From Azolla caroliniana (lineage: Eukaryota; Plantae; Polypodiophyta), in contig JBHGNT010000003.1 in NCBI GenBank assembly GCA_043228905.1, positions 20,460,001-20,524,000 of the forward strand: a stretch of DNA of 64,000 nucleotides, written 5' to 3'. The stretch's first letter is position 1. Each line of letters opens with the position of its first letter. The notes below the pieces were generated by a model, which saw nothing but the letters and a program-made list of their open reading frames with translations, was not told the DNA's origin and made no database searches. Positions 1 to 12,480 of the stretch are shown here, one piece after another. The translations under genes and the position numbers were made by a program.

Positions 1-133
1 TTAGCTTCTTTCACTGCACCTCGACCACCTGGACAAGCCAGACAGGACTATTTTATCCTTTTCTAACTGTCAATTGTCCTCACTTCGTCCACCTTCCAGT
101 AGAGAAAACTGAACCTTATTGCAATCACAGCGA

Positions 134-399
134 CTTTGAGTGCATTTCTGTTAAATAGACACTCCCCTTTTCCTCCTTTTATGTGTCAATAATCCAAACA
201 CTACACATTTTGTTTCTTTTAAATGTTGATCATCTGAACTCCAAACAGAACACCTAACCTGTTTTGAGCTTCTTTGAGTGCATTTCTGTCGAGTAGATAG
301 CTCCCTTTTCCTCCTTTTACATGTCAATAATCCAAACACTACACATTTTGTTTCTTTTAAATTTTGATCATCTGAACTCCAAACAGAACACCTAACCTG
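134..399. repeat. Direct tandem duplication, ~139-bp unit x2 (intronic)
   Basis: ctttgagtgcatttctg...ccaaacagaacacctaacctg occurs twice in tandem. Confidence 0.85.
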
Positions 400-1894
400 A
401 ACTTTTATACACGTGCCTCAGTGCTTTGGTGTTGAACCATTATTTATATCTCCCCTTCAATCAATCCAATGGGTTAACTCATTGTGTGAGTCTGAGTCAG
501 CTTGTGTTGGAGTCCTCCCTTACAGATTGCCAAGTCTCACTCAGCCATCTACAAGACATGCTAATCCTAAGGAGCATTTTCAAAGTCAGATGTGACATCA
601 TCTCTCTTCAATCAGATCTGGCTTTCATTCTATTGAGCCATGAAAAGCCAAAACTTATTGAGTCTCCAGCTCCCAATGAACTCATCAAAGTAGGGCCAAA
701 AACTTGCATTCATAATCAATGGACTCTTCTCGAAATTGACTCATAGGCTGTAGATGTCCCTGCTTTGGGCTTGTTTTAATAATTGACTCATAGGCTGTAG
801 ATGTCCTTGCTTCAGGCTTGTTTTAGAAATTGGCTAGCTGGCTATTGTAACAACTAACTCCTGCGAGCGTAAATTCTCTAGTACTCATACACCAACCATG
901 TGTATGAAGAGAAGGATCCCAAAGCAATCAAGCCTAGGTTGTTTATCATATGTTGATACCTACATTGTTGCTTTCAAGGTGCTCCCCTTGTGAGCATTCA
1001 GAAGTATGGGTTTTTCAGAAAAAAGAGAACTGTGTCTGAGTTTTCATCACTGTGACAACTCCTATTAAATTGCAACCCAATTCCTATCAGCCTCAAACAC
1101 ACTAATGTGACAAGCTATATTTAAAGAGAAATTCCCTAGATGAGGAAATTACAATCTTCTAGCATAGACAAATGTATAATTGACCATTATAGTGTTTACA
1201 ATATTGACATTTTTAAAATGTTACGGGACTTGGTACAGGCAACCTCAATTTGACTCACTGACCACAGAAGATCAAATCATCTATGAAGCATCATGATCCT
1301 CTCAGATAAAAATATAGACCTTTTGAGTCTTATACCAATTCCTCTACATCAATCACAGCACTCCTTGTGTGACAAACTTGTGAGAGCAGAATTCTGTTGA
1401 TGAGAAAATTAAAATATTCTAATGAACACAGATATGGACAGTTAATGTATATGCAACATTGAACATTCAAATGTTGGCAGTTCAGTAAAACTGGTTGAAT
1501 CTTGATTTGGATCTCAATGATCATAAAGGACATATAATGCATGAAGATCCTCTAAACATAGAGAGTGATGGAGAGTATAGATCTACTGCATCTCAACACA
1601 ATTCAAACATACAGAGAGAGAGAGAGAGAGAGTATACATTGATTGAATCTTCTCGATTCCTAGCCTCCAAACATTACGTGAGTGTAGTCACAGTGTTTAT
1701 CAACAATTAACATATTTGCAAGATCGAAAAATTCTACCATTCTTAGATTGGTGATCACATATTATCTAAAAGGCATGAAAATCATCAAATTGAGTAAGGA
1801 AGAGGGAAAGACTATAAAATTACAGAGAAATAGCAAAATAAACAATAGTGGTGAAGAGAGAGAGGGGGGGGAGAAAAAGGTATAGAACTCATAC

Positions 1895-2097
1895 TGAGGA
1901 TTGTCCATGTCCACCCCACTAACAATGCTATAGCCCGTCTTCTGGTTCATGAAAGGAGCAGTGGCAAGTTCAATGACGGGTCCTGATGAAGAAGGCATAA
2001 CTGATGATGATAATGATGGTGGATCAGATGAGAGTCGAACTTGGCGTAATGCATCTCTATACTTTCTGAAAACTGCAGTTCGATTCCTAGACGCCAT
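1895..2097 (-). CDS. SYP4: Syntaxin SYP4-family (SYP41/42/43, Tlg2/STX16-like) Qa-SNARE, first coding exon; remainder lies left of the window
   Basis: N-terminus MASRNRTAVFRKYRDALRQVR...GPVIELAT matches the plant SYP41-43 N-peptide; GT donor at 1894-1893 (CCTCA|GTATGAG); I found no next exon within 1-1890. Confidence 0.85.
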
Positions 2098-3579
2098 TCT
2101 TTTCTTAGAGCAAAAGAATCTCTTTATTTATTTGAAATTGAGCAACGATCAAGGACCTGATTTATCTTCCTTGTTTGAGCATAAAAAATAACAGTAACCC
2201 TAATCCTAACCCTATTTCTGCTTCAGCATCAGTTCCTTTATTGTTATAAAAAAACCAACCCTTTTCCTTTCTTGTTATTAAAATACTAGCTCTAATTCTT
2301 CTTCAGGATCAATTCCTGAGATCAATTCAAAAAACCAAATCCGAACTCTAACCAAGCTCTGCCTCGGTAACAATTGCCTAAAATCCACCCAAAATCCTAA
2401 CCCTCAGTCTGCTTCAGCATGAGTCCTGCGATCGATCCGAAACCCTAACCCTACTTCTACCTCAGAATCTATTCCTATGATCGAGCTTTAATTCCTTTGC
2501 GGATCTGATTGTTTTTTTCTGCTTCAGCAACACTAGTCCAGAACCTCTTACCCTATTTCTGCTTCTGTTTCTGCGTCTACGTAAAAAATTAGAGTCTTAA
2601 TTTCGCTCCATGAGATCCAAACCGATCACTAAACTTAATCCTGCTCCTTCATTTATTTCTGAGATCGATCCCCCCCAAAACAAAGGAAAAGAAGAAGAAG
2701 AAAAAACTAAAACTAACCCTAATTCTGCAGCGGCATCAATCGCCTGAGATCCGGCTATGGTGCCAGATCTCGTATTAAAGTCTGTCGAGAAGCAGGGGAC
2801 TTGGGGGGAGGGACTGGCTTTGGAGCTTATGTGTTCCATTTGTCCGGTTTCACACTGGCCAGGACAAATTCATCCCGCCTAGGGAGGGCTTCTCCTGACA
2901 AAACAAAAATTTACTCTCACGATTCGACCCGACAAACGGTCGTGGGTATTCATCCGAGAATGATGACGATTTCCGGATGTACAGTGAGAGCCGAGTGAGG
3001 TTTTCGTCTTTGCTCCCTCGCAGAGCTTTTTCTTCCCCGTGAAGAAAAACCCAAAGGATTATGAAATTTTGCATGCCATAGTTGTTGTTTTTACCCTGAT
3101 TGTAGTTTAGTGTTTGGGATTTCTGAGAAAAGGAACCATATGGTTCTATGTTTAACACACGGATAATAATAACTGGCTATGTTGGAGAGGTTCATGTTTC
3201 TGGTCAAGTTCACATGACCATGATTGAAGTTTTTTGAACTACAAACTAGCAAGTGGATTCCCATCAAACTTGCGGACTAGTCACGAAGAAGCCAACATTA
3301 ATCCTACCGCTTGATGTGAAAAAAGTTTCATCCCACGAGGAAACTATCGAGGCATCATGAAGTGAATGTAATGTACCCCATCTTCCAAGCCATCTCTTCA
3401 ACATTTGAACTTTTTTACTTGCTTCACTTGCAATTCTATGGGGTCAATGTGGGGGTTAAATTCTAATCCCAATCATGTACTCGACATCCCTCTATCTTCG
3501 TGATCTCAATGGTAAATTATGTGGCTTGCATGAGTACAACCATGCATATATTATGTTTGTATCTTGCTGAGAGAGAGAG

Positions 3580-3626
<47 letters not shown>

Positions 3627-3639
3627 TTTGTTTATGTAT

Positions 3640-3870
3640 GTATAGATTATTGTCCATTCTTCCAATCATAAACACTCTCATATGAACTTTGATTTGGAAA
3701 AAAACTATAGACAAATTTGAAGTTTGTAATGACAACAAAGACATACGTAAATGTGTAGATTATTGTCAATTGTTCCATCTTCCGATCATAAACGCTCTCA
3801 TATGAATTTTGATTTGGAAAAAAAAAGTTAGAATTGAAGTTTGCAATGGCAACACATACATACTTAAAAA
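3640..3870. repeat. Diverged tandem duplication (~115-120-bp unit) next to a (GA)n(GT)n microsatellite
   Basis: tagattattgtc...ctctcatatgaa.tttgatttggaaaaaaa...gaagtttg.aatg.caaca repeated. Confidence 0.7.
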
Positions 3871-5117
3871 CTAACTTTACAAGTTGTTGTGATAATTGAC
3901 ATGAGTTCATTGTCTTCATACAATATACAACTATCAATATAGTTCGTTGTTTCTTTGTGGTATCCACTTTTCAAACTATTGTGATAGTCATGACAAGTTC
4001 TTCATCTCCATTGGTGTCATGGTCGATAAGAGAGTTTTGAAGAAAATGTAGATGTATCATGTTAAAGGAACGAGTAACAAACTAAGTTGATAATGCCCAG
4101 TGAGTTGAAGGGGAACACTCAAAATAAATTAGAAACTTTTATGAAGAGTGATGCTTCTAATATTGAAAAGTGACTAGTAATTGAATATAGAGCTAAAAAT
4201 AAGAAAGTCAAAGTTATAAAGTTGTTGAGAAGTGTTTTTACCCTAATTTTTATGTAAGTGGTGGTGCAAGTGTCCTAATTTTTATGTAGCAATATTCGAG
4301 AGAATCATTTCATAAAATGAAACAGGCACAAAGAGTTCGATCTTGACCACCAAGTGATCACCTGCAATAATAGGAAAATCACCTTCGTGGGGGTGCTTGT
4401 CACCTTGACATTGACATTGACCGCAAACTTGACAACAACAAAACCTAATGAAAGGTCAAAAAATATATTTAAAGTTTATTGTCGACTTCTTTCGATTAAA
4501 ATTACGATTCTACAAGTGAAGCCAATTATACAAAGATTAATGTGTGAGACCTAAAGGACCATATGCACGAATTGTAACATAAAGCAACTACGAGTTGGTT
4601 GCAAAGTAATGGAGCATACTTCATGAAACTTCATGAACCATGCCTTGAAGGACGTTTTAGCTATAAAAACTTTATGCTATGATGGATGTGAGGAAAATAA
4701 ATATTGTAGACTTGGAGTACAATTGAGGTATTGTATGTTTATTTACATGAAGAATATTGTTGTTCTTGGTTCATTTTATGGTGGGGCAAAATAGTGTGGA
4801 CAAAGAATGCAAATGCTAGGTTGAATGATTTAATTAAAAGATTGTCAAAGCAAACAAACAAAAGGATAAATTTGTCAAACCTTCTTGCCTTTTTCAATAA
4901 CAAGTCATGTTGTCCTACACACACAATCAATGAAGTTCCAAAACATTTTGATGCAAGAGTGCTCAATCTTGGTTGAGGTGGAACCGAAGTTTTCATCCAC
5001 ATGTTTTGTTATATGACAAATCATAGAGTAGTCAAGCAAATTAATAATAGCCCCAAATGTAAGAGCATGATCAATATTGACAAATTACAATACATGATAT
5101 AGAAATCTTGTAAATAA

Positions 5118-5678
5118 TGTGAGGATCGTGACCAGCCACAACCGGTTACTCGTACATATATTTGGGTGCAAAGAATCGACAATGACAATGCACAGACAGA
5201 GAACAAAAAATACTAGAAAAAGAGAACACAGAGACACCAGATGTTTAACGTGGAAAACCCGAAAGGGAAAAACCACATGGAGTTCACAAACTCCAAAACA
5301 GAATCACTATGAGGGAGGAGTACAACGAGAAGCTCGAGGCAACAACCTCAAGCTCTCCTTCATCTGAAAGACGACTGTAGAGTTGCTCACTCGTTAACTC
5401 ACACACACACTCCCTCTCTCTTACTCTCAGTTGCTGAGACAACTACATTGTAACTATACAAGAATAATGATTCACTGTAACTACCAAAAAAGTTGCCCTA
5501 GTTGTATTTATACATATACAACTTTCTGGCTATTTACATACATAGCCCACAAGGGGCACATTTAGACTATTTACATATATAGTCTCCCGTTTTTTATTTC
5601 GACCAAGGTCGAAATACTTATTGACTCCATCCAATTTGGTTCATTCTCTTCCCATCCAGAGGGACATGTTTCCCAACA
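5118..5678 (-). mobile_element. Solo LTR (561 bp), copia-type
   Basis: TG...CA termini; perfect 5-bp TSD AATAA (5113-5117, 5679-5683); minus-strand start tgttgggaaacatgtccctctggatggga resembles the LTR start at 6212. Confidence 0.85.
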
Positions 5679-6582
5679 AATAAGACCATTACAAAATGAT
5701 TTTCAAACATAAGAGACAATGTTGGTATGGTGCCAATTGAATTGTGGCTCTTTTGACAGTCAAAGCTTCAAATGTGGTAACTTTGGCCCCTTTTGTGGCA
5801 AAATGCCAATGCAGACTAGTAGTTGAGGTCCTTAATACTCCTCCAAATGATATTACATTGCCAAATAATGTAGTTCAAAAAAGACTACATTAGAAAAATA
5901 ACTATGAATTAATATTATGGCAAGGTGAAACATGTATTGGTTAAAAGGAGAAAAATGTAATCAAGGAATGAATACCTACCTTTGAGCCTCGAGGGAAACC
6001 TACTCATTTGCCAAACCTTCAAAATAGTTTCAACATGAGGATATCACGTGTTGCACTGAGGTAAGTGGAGGATTTTATATTGTCATGCTCCTTGTAGTGA
6101 GGGATACGTTGGAACTCGTGGTGATCTCAAAATAGGCATTTAGAAATTATTGATGTTCAAATTCATCAAGTATGATGCATGAAGTTGAGTAATGGAACAC
6201 GTTCTAGTTATTGTTAGGTATTGTGTCCCTCTTGATGGGAGAAGTCGATGACCAAATTCTGGTCGGTCGGTTGATTTGGGGGTCGACTAGTCGGATTGAC
6301 CAGATGGTTGACCTATATATATGTATGTATGTATGTTTGTATATGTTTATTGGTCAACCGACTGGTTGGTTTGACCATCTGACCCATAGGTCAACCATTT
6401 GAAACCAGATCTGAAAGTGAGCACGCAAGCAATATAGAGTTGAGATAGTGTGAACTGTGTGAGAGACAACATGTAGAGACATAGTGAAGGAAGTGTCGAG
6501 ATAGCGTGAGTGAAGAAGACGAAGTGAAGATAGAGTAGTAGCGAGAATGTTGAGTGTTTAACAGAAATTGTGTGAGCAAGAC

Positions 6583-6641
<59 letters not shown>

Positions 6642-7001
6642 GGCAGACATTGTTTTGTGGAACTTGCCCAAACAATAGAAGTGATATTAGACAACAATTT
6701 GTGGTACCATATACCTGCGCAGGCTCTGTCGTCCTATGCACCATTGTTCTATTGTTAGCTTTGTCTCCTCTCTAGTGTTTGATATAATATTTCTTTGAGT
6801 TTTTCCCTTAGCAAGCTAGGGAGTCTTGTAATCTTGAGTTCTATATTGTTGACTAATAGTGGAAATTTTACTGCTTCGTGGTTTTCCTTGGTTTTAGGGT
6901 TTCCACGTAAATCGTGTGTATCTGATTTGTGTCTTAGATTAATTTTATGATTATGTTTAATTGTAAACATAACAAATTCGTATCACAACATTAGGTTCTA
7001 G

Positions 7002-9978
7002 ATGGAAGGAAGTGTGACTGGTTTTCCAGGAATGATACTCCTAAACTCTCACAACTATTCTGACTCGACGATCAAGATGGAGGATCTTCTGATAGTTAGG
7101 GATTTATATGAGCCCATAGATAGGAAGGATATACCAACGGAGGTAAATAGAATATGAGTGGAAAACCCTAAATAGAATGGTTGTGGAAACCATCAAACAA
7201 TGTGTAGACGTGAACATCCTTCAACATGTAGCAAACAATACAAATGCCCACGACTTGTGGCATAAGCTCTCTAACTTGTATGAAAGGAAAAAGGCTCTTA
7301 ATAAAGCTTCCTTGATGAGAAAGTTGGTGAGGCTAAAGTACACAAATGGTGATAGCGTTGTGGTGCACATCAGTACTTTCATGAGGTTAGTAAACCAGTT
7401 AGCATAATTGAAGTTCCCATTAGATGATGCGATGCAAGCCTTGTTACTATTGTGTACCCTACTGGACAGTTGGGAGAACCTAGTAGTGTCACTTAGTGCT
7501 TCTTGCCAAGAAGAGAACTTGTCTTTACAAGTAGTAAAGACAAGCATTTTGAACGAAGAGACAAGAAGAAAAGGTCAGAGTGTCTTGTCTCAATCGGAAG
7601 CAAATGTGGCAAAAAACATTGGTAGAGGAAGAAGTAAACATAGGAGGAGTCTACAAAATCGAGACAAGTCTCATGCCAGGTCAAAGTCTAGAGGAAGACT
7701 CACATGTTGCTATTGTGGGAAAACTGGTCATTTCCAAAAGAATTGTCGACGCCTTAAGAAGGACAAAGGCATTGTTGATGATGTTGAACCCAAAAAAAAT
7801 TATGATGAGAAAAACACCTCAGCCATCACAGCCAGTGAGGAGGAACTACTATTCATTTCCAAACAAGCTAGGGTCAATCTTGTAAATGATGAGTGCTCTT
7901 GGGTAGTTGATTCTGGCGCATCGTTTCACCTAACTGTGACAAGAGAATGTTTCTCATCTTACTCATTTGGTGACTATGGCTATGTAAAGATGGGAAATGA
8001 TGGAGCATGCGAGATAGTTGGTATTGGAAGTGTGTGCTTGCTAACATCAATTGGTTGTAGCCTTGTAGGTTAATATTGAAGGATGTGCGACATGTGTCGG
8101 ATGTCACACTGAACCTAATATCAACCAGAAGACTTGACAACGAAGGCTATAGTGGTAGTTTTTAGAATGGTATTTGGAAGGTTTTCAAGAGAATTTTGAT
8201 AGTGGCCCGAGCACAAAAATTGGGTACATTATATGTAATGCATGCAAAGTTGTGTAGATATGAGGCCAATGTGGTAGCTGACTCAGATGGTGAGTTATGG
8301 CATAAAAAGCTTGGCCACAACAGGGTTGCTTTTCACTCTAGGCTACTGAAAAGAAGAGAATGTGCACTAGAGTTGGTCCACACAGATGTATGCTTCATAG
8401 ATGCTCAATCACATAGGGGTGGACAATATTTTGTGACATTTATTGATGACTATAGCAGAAAGTTGTGGGCTTTCGTGCTGAAGTCTAAAGACCATGTGTT
8501 GTTAGTCTTTAAAGCGTTTCATGCAAGGGCTGAAAGAGAATCTGGACAGAAGTTGAAAGATGTCCAAACAGATAACGATGGTGAGTCTAAAGGACAATTT
8601 TAGTTGTACCATAAGACTCACGACATAAAACTTGAGTATACATTGTCGAAGACTCGCGAGTTGAATGGTCTCGTAGAGAGGATGAATCAAACTATAATGG
8701 AAAGGGTAAGAAGCATGTTGTCACATGAAAAACTTCTAAGATCGTATTGGGCTGAGGCTATGTTGACAAACGGTTTATCTTATAAACAGGTGGACAGGTA
8801 GAATGTGTCTTACCAGCACTTGAGGGTTTTTAGATGCTTGGTGTATATGCATGTTACAAAGGACCAGAGTTCAAAGATGGACAACAAGTCTAAATTGTGC
8901 ATATTTCTGGGGCTGACATACAACAACCAATCGATGAGGTTGAGTTTGAGTCGGTCGTCTCACATCAACATGCTGATGCACATTAATCTGAACTGGATGA
9001 AGAATCAACAAACACAATTGGACATGATCCGGTTGTTGGAGGAAGAAGATACTCACTTAGACAAAGGAAAACATCCTCTCGGTACCCAACTAGCCAATAT
9101 GTCATATTGACCGATGAGTATAAACTCGAATGCTATGAAGAAACTATGGCAGATGAATACAAGGAGAAGTGGTATAGTGCCATGCAAGATGAGATGGACT
9201 CCTTGCACGAAAATTACACCTACGATCTAGTGGAGCTACCGAATGGAAAGCAAGCTCTAAGAAACAAGTGGCTTTTCAAACTGAAGATTGGAGAAGATGG
9301 CAACTCACCTAGATATAAGGCATGAATTGTGGTGAAGGGATTTCAACATAAAAAAGGTGTTGATTTTGATGAAATATTTGCACCAGTCGTAAAAATGACA
9401 TCCATCCGGACTATATTGAGTATAATTGCCAGCTGCTAGTATGAATCTGGAAATAGAACAGTTGGATGTAAAAACAACATTCTTGCATGGGGATTTAGAA
9501 GAAGAAATTTATATGAAGAAACCAAAGGGTTTTGTGATGAAAGGAAAAGAGAAACTGGTATGTAGACTAAGAAATAGAACAATTGGATGTAAAAACAACA
9601 TTCTTGCATGGGGATTTAGAAGAAGAAATTTATATGAAGAAACCAAAGGGTTTTGTGATGAAAGGAAAAGAGAAACTGGTATGTAGACTAAGAAAGAGCT
9701 TGTATGGTCTGAAACAAGCTCCACCTTCATGTTGGAACATGGATTCCATAAAACACAAGCTAATCATTGTGTTTTTGTCAAGAGGTATGGTGAAGGTGAT
9801 TTTCTGATTCTCTTACTTTATGTATATGACATGTTGGTTGTCAAACAAGATGCTAAAAAGATTACGAGCCTAAAGAAAGCTCCAAGTAAATCGTTTTCTA
9901 TGAAGGATTTAGGTCCAGCTAAACAAATATTGGGGATGCACATAGTTCAGGACAGGACTAAAAATATGATATGGTTGT
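7002..9978 (+). pseudogene. gag-pol of outer copia, 5' part (stops and frameshifts)
   Basis: ORF fragments 7177-7407, 7408-8073, 8196-8603, 8604-8801, 9107-9325, 9426-9998 carry copia motifs in different frames. Confidence 0.9.
9451..9693 (+). repeat. 121-bp near-perfect tandem duplication inside the outer copia RT
   Basis: aaatagaaca.ttggatgtaaaaacaacattc...gtagactaagaa twice; shifts the frame. Confidence 0.9.
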
Positions 9979-10161
9979 TGTCGAATACAAGTGTATAATG
10001 GACGTATTCACACTATCCTTTTGTATAGCTCAAGTTTGGGCCATTTGTGTAATTAGCATAAAGGGTAGTTGCCCTAAGTTTGTCACTATATAAAGTGACC
10101 TTGTAACCTTTTTGTAAGGTTGGTTGTATTATTGTTTCTATTGAATAGAAAGTCTTTTGTG

Positions 10162-10208
<47 letters not shown>

Positions 10209-10297
10209 ACGATCTTGGAAACTGCCATATGCAGGTACTCAACTCGAATCGAATGCTATTTGATCTTCCGCATCGACACGGCCTTGTCTTCAACATT

Positions 10298-10309
10298 TGG
10301 TATCAGAGC
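10298..10309 (+). promoter_or_regulatory. Primer-binding site (initiator tRNA-Met) of copia copy 1
   Basis: TGGTATCAGAGC 2 nt after the LTR end. Confidence 0.95.
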
Positions 10310-10992
10310 CTGCACAGTATTCGGTTCCTCAACCTGCTGTCGGCCGTCGTCTCAGCCTGCACAGCATTCGGTTTCCTGCGTCATTCGAAGAAGAGAGAAG
10401 AAGAAGAAAAACGAGGCTTGCATCTCATCGCGTTAGATCATCTTCGCTTGGAGTAAGCCAGCCGGTTGTACTCTGTTTCTTGTGATCGTAACCGCTCGAG
10501 GTGAAATCCCCTTGTGCAACATTGACACGATCGTGCTCCACTCGGTTAAACGGCATCCGAAGAGGTCATCAAACGCTGCTCGCCGCTCATTGTAACCGCT
10601 CGGTGCAGATCGTTCTCAAGACAACAACCCCAATTCGTGCTTCATCCGGCTGATCGACATTCGGGAGGATCAGTTGGATCCGTCTCTCTCGTCGCTGCAG
10701 TCACCCGAAGCAGAATCGGTCCAGACAATCGGTTTCAATAATCGGTATTTGGCATATATATTCGGAAGCGAACCGGGCTCACTCCGACTCGGCAACATTC
10801 GGGAAGACCAGTCGGTTCTGTCCCTCAAGTTACCGGAGTCAATTCGAGCAAGTTCAACAATACATATATCCGAAGCCGAACCGACTCGGGTTCAAATCCG
10901 ACTAGAACGATATCGGGTGAGCCAACCGGCTGCACTCCAACAAGGTTCGTAGTCAACTCCGAACCGAGCTTCGTCAACCGAAACCAAATTTG

Positions 10993-11592
10993 ATGGCATC
11001 AACATCTGGCTCGTCAGAAATGAGTCTACGAAAGTTCGATGGATCGAACTTCAACTTCTGGAAGGAGCAAATGCAGGACTATCTCATAGTCAAGGGGCAA
11101 ATCGATCCCATCGAAAATGAAGAACCTCCAGAAGGATACAAACCAATTGAGTGGCAGAAGCTGGACAGAATCGTCCGCGCCACGATTCGGATGCACCTAT
11201 CGGAATCGGTATACTTTACGGTGCAATCGTGTACGACAACATTCGAACTGTGGAAAACACTGTCGGACACCTACGAAAAGAAGGTCGCTGCAACGAAGAT
11301 GTTTCTAATCCGGCACCTCTACAACTTGCGAATGAAAGAATCAGATTCGGTTCAAGCACATCTCAATGAGTACGAAAGCATAAGCTCCCAAATCTCATCT
11401 CAGGGGACGGCAATCGAGGATGAACTCAGAGCAATGATACTCATGAGCAGCCTTCCCTCATCATGGGAAACTTTCGTCACAACTGTGTGCAACGCGTCAA
11501 CCACGGCTGTTAAATACTCCGAAGTCGCGAGCGCAATCCTGACCGAAGCAGCTCGGAGAAAGTCTTTCGCCATTTTTTTTAAGATTGCTTAA
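10993..11592 (+). pseudogene. Truncated gag of copia copy 1 (runs into the PLE tail after ...RRKSFA)
   Basis: Near-identical to the N-terminus of the 1343-aa ORF at 46859-50890 up to 11572, then reads IFFKIA* from the insert. Confidence 0.95.
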
Positions 11593-12480
11593 AGTGTGCG
11601 GCACTTCATCGAGGGTTGTTTGGGGTGGACTCAAGTTTAGATCTTATTTGTATGTCTAAACATAAGTAGTGATATAGTTTTAGAAGAATAGAAAAGTGAG
11701 GGCGTGGGTGGGGGTTAGGGGAGTGTAGCTTGTTGAAATTATCAAAAGTATTTAAACCTAATCAAAGTTTTTAGAATATATTAAAGATCATTGGGATAAC
11801 TTAAGTTATTAGACAACAATAACGTACTATTAAAACACCAATATAGAGTATTATTAAAACGGAACCACACGCTTAGATGAACGAGAGTTGTTTAAACACA
11901 CGCTTAAGCAAACACTTAAAAGAAAGATTATTATAAAAAATAAGAATAAAAATAAAAATAGAAAAGAGAGATTGAGATTAAAAAATGATTATGGTTAAGA
12001 AGGGATTATGATTAAGGGGGAAGGGGTTGCTAAACAAAGTACTTAAACGAATGTTTAAACAAATATTTAGATAAGAAAACACTTGGGCAGACACTTAACG
12101 CAAGGTTAGGATTAAAAGAGAAGGGAGGGATTATGGTTAAAGAAAAGGGGTCATGGTTGAGAAGAGAATGATTATGATTAAGAGAGGAGAGTACTTAAAC
12201 AAATGTTTAAACAAAAAGTTAAACCTAAAAATGATTGAACAAGTACTTAAAAAAAAGGGGTTAAACAAGTACGTAATAAAAATGTTTATTAAACAAGTAC
12301 TTAATAGAAAATGATTAAATAAATGCTTAAAAACTTAAGACAAAAAAAAAATTTGATAAAAAAGTGATTAAACAAGTACTTAATAAAAATTTATTAAATA
12401 AGTACTTAAGAACTTAAGACAAAAAATTAGATAAGAGCAACACATAGAAGGAAAGAAAGTTTTACTATCATAAGGCAACG

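Noticed and set aside
3900-6200. Decayed transposase-like sequence around the solo LTR
   Set aside because: Looks like eroded coding DNA but I could not recover a diagnostic motif
6347-6775. ORFs with SLSLSL/ERERER/HTHTHT runs here and elsewhere
   Set aside because: Translations of (GA)n and (CA)n microsatellites
11573-11580. Telomeric repeat priming at the PLE 3' junction
   Set aside because: The junction is copia gag joined directly to T8; no (TTTAGGG)n array on either side
11585-11615. Second hammerhead or SECIS at the PLE 3' end (CUCGAUGA AGUG...CACU UUAA)
   Set aside because: Lacks the CUGANGA and GAAA cores; no in-frame UGA in the PLE ORFs to recode
12020-12432. CRISPR-like array in the PLE tail
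   Set aside because: Repeats are only 12-16 nt and degenerate, spacers are short, irregular and A-rich, there are no cas genes, and the context is eukaryotic
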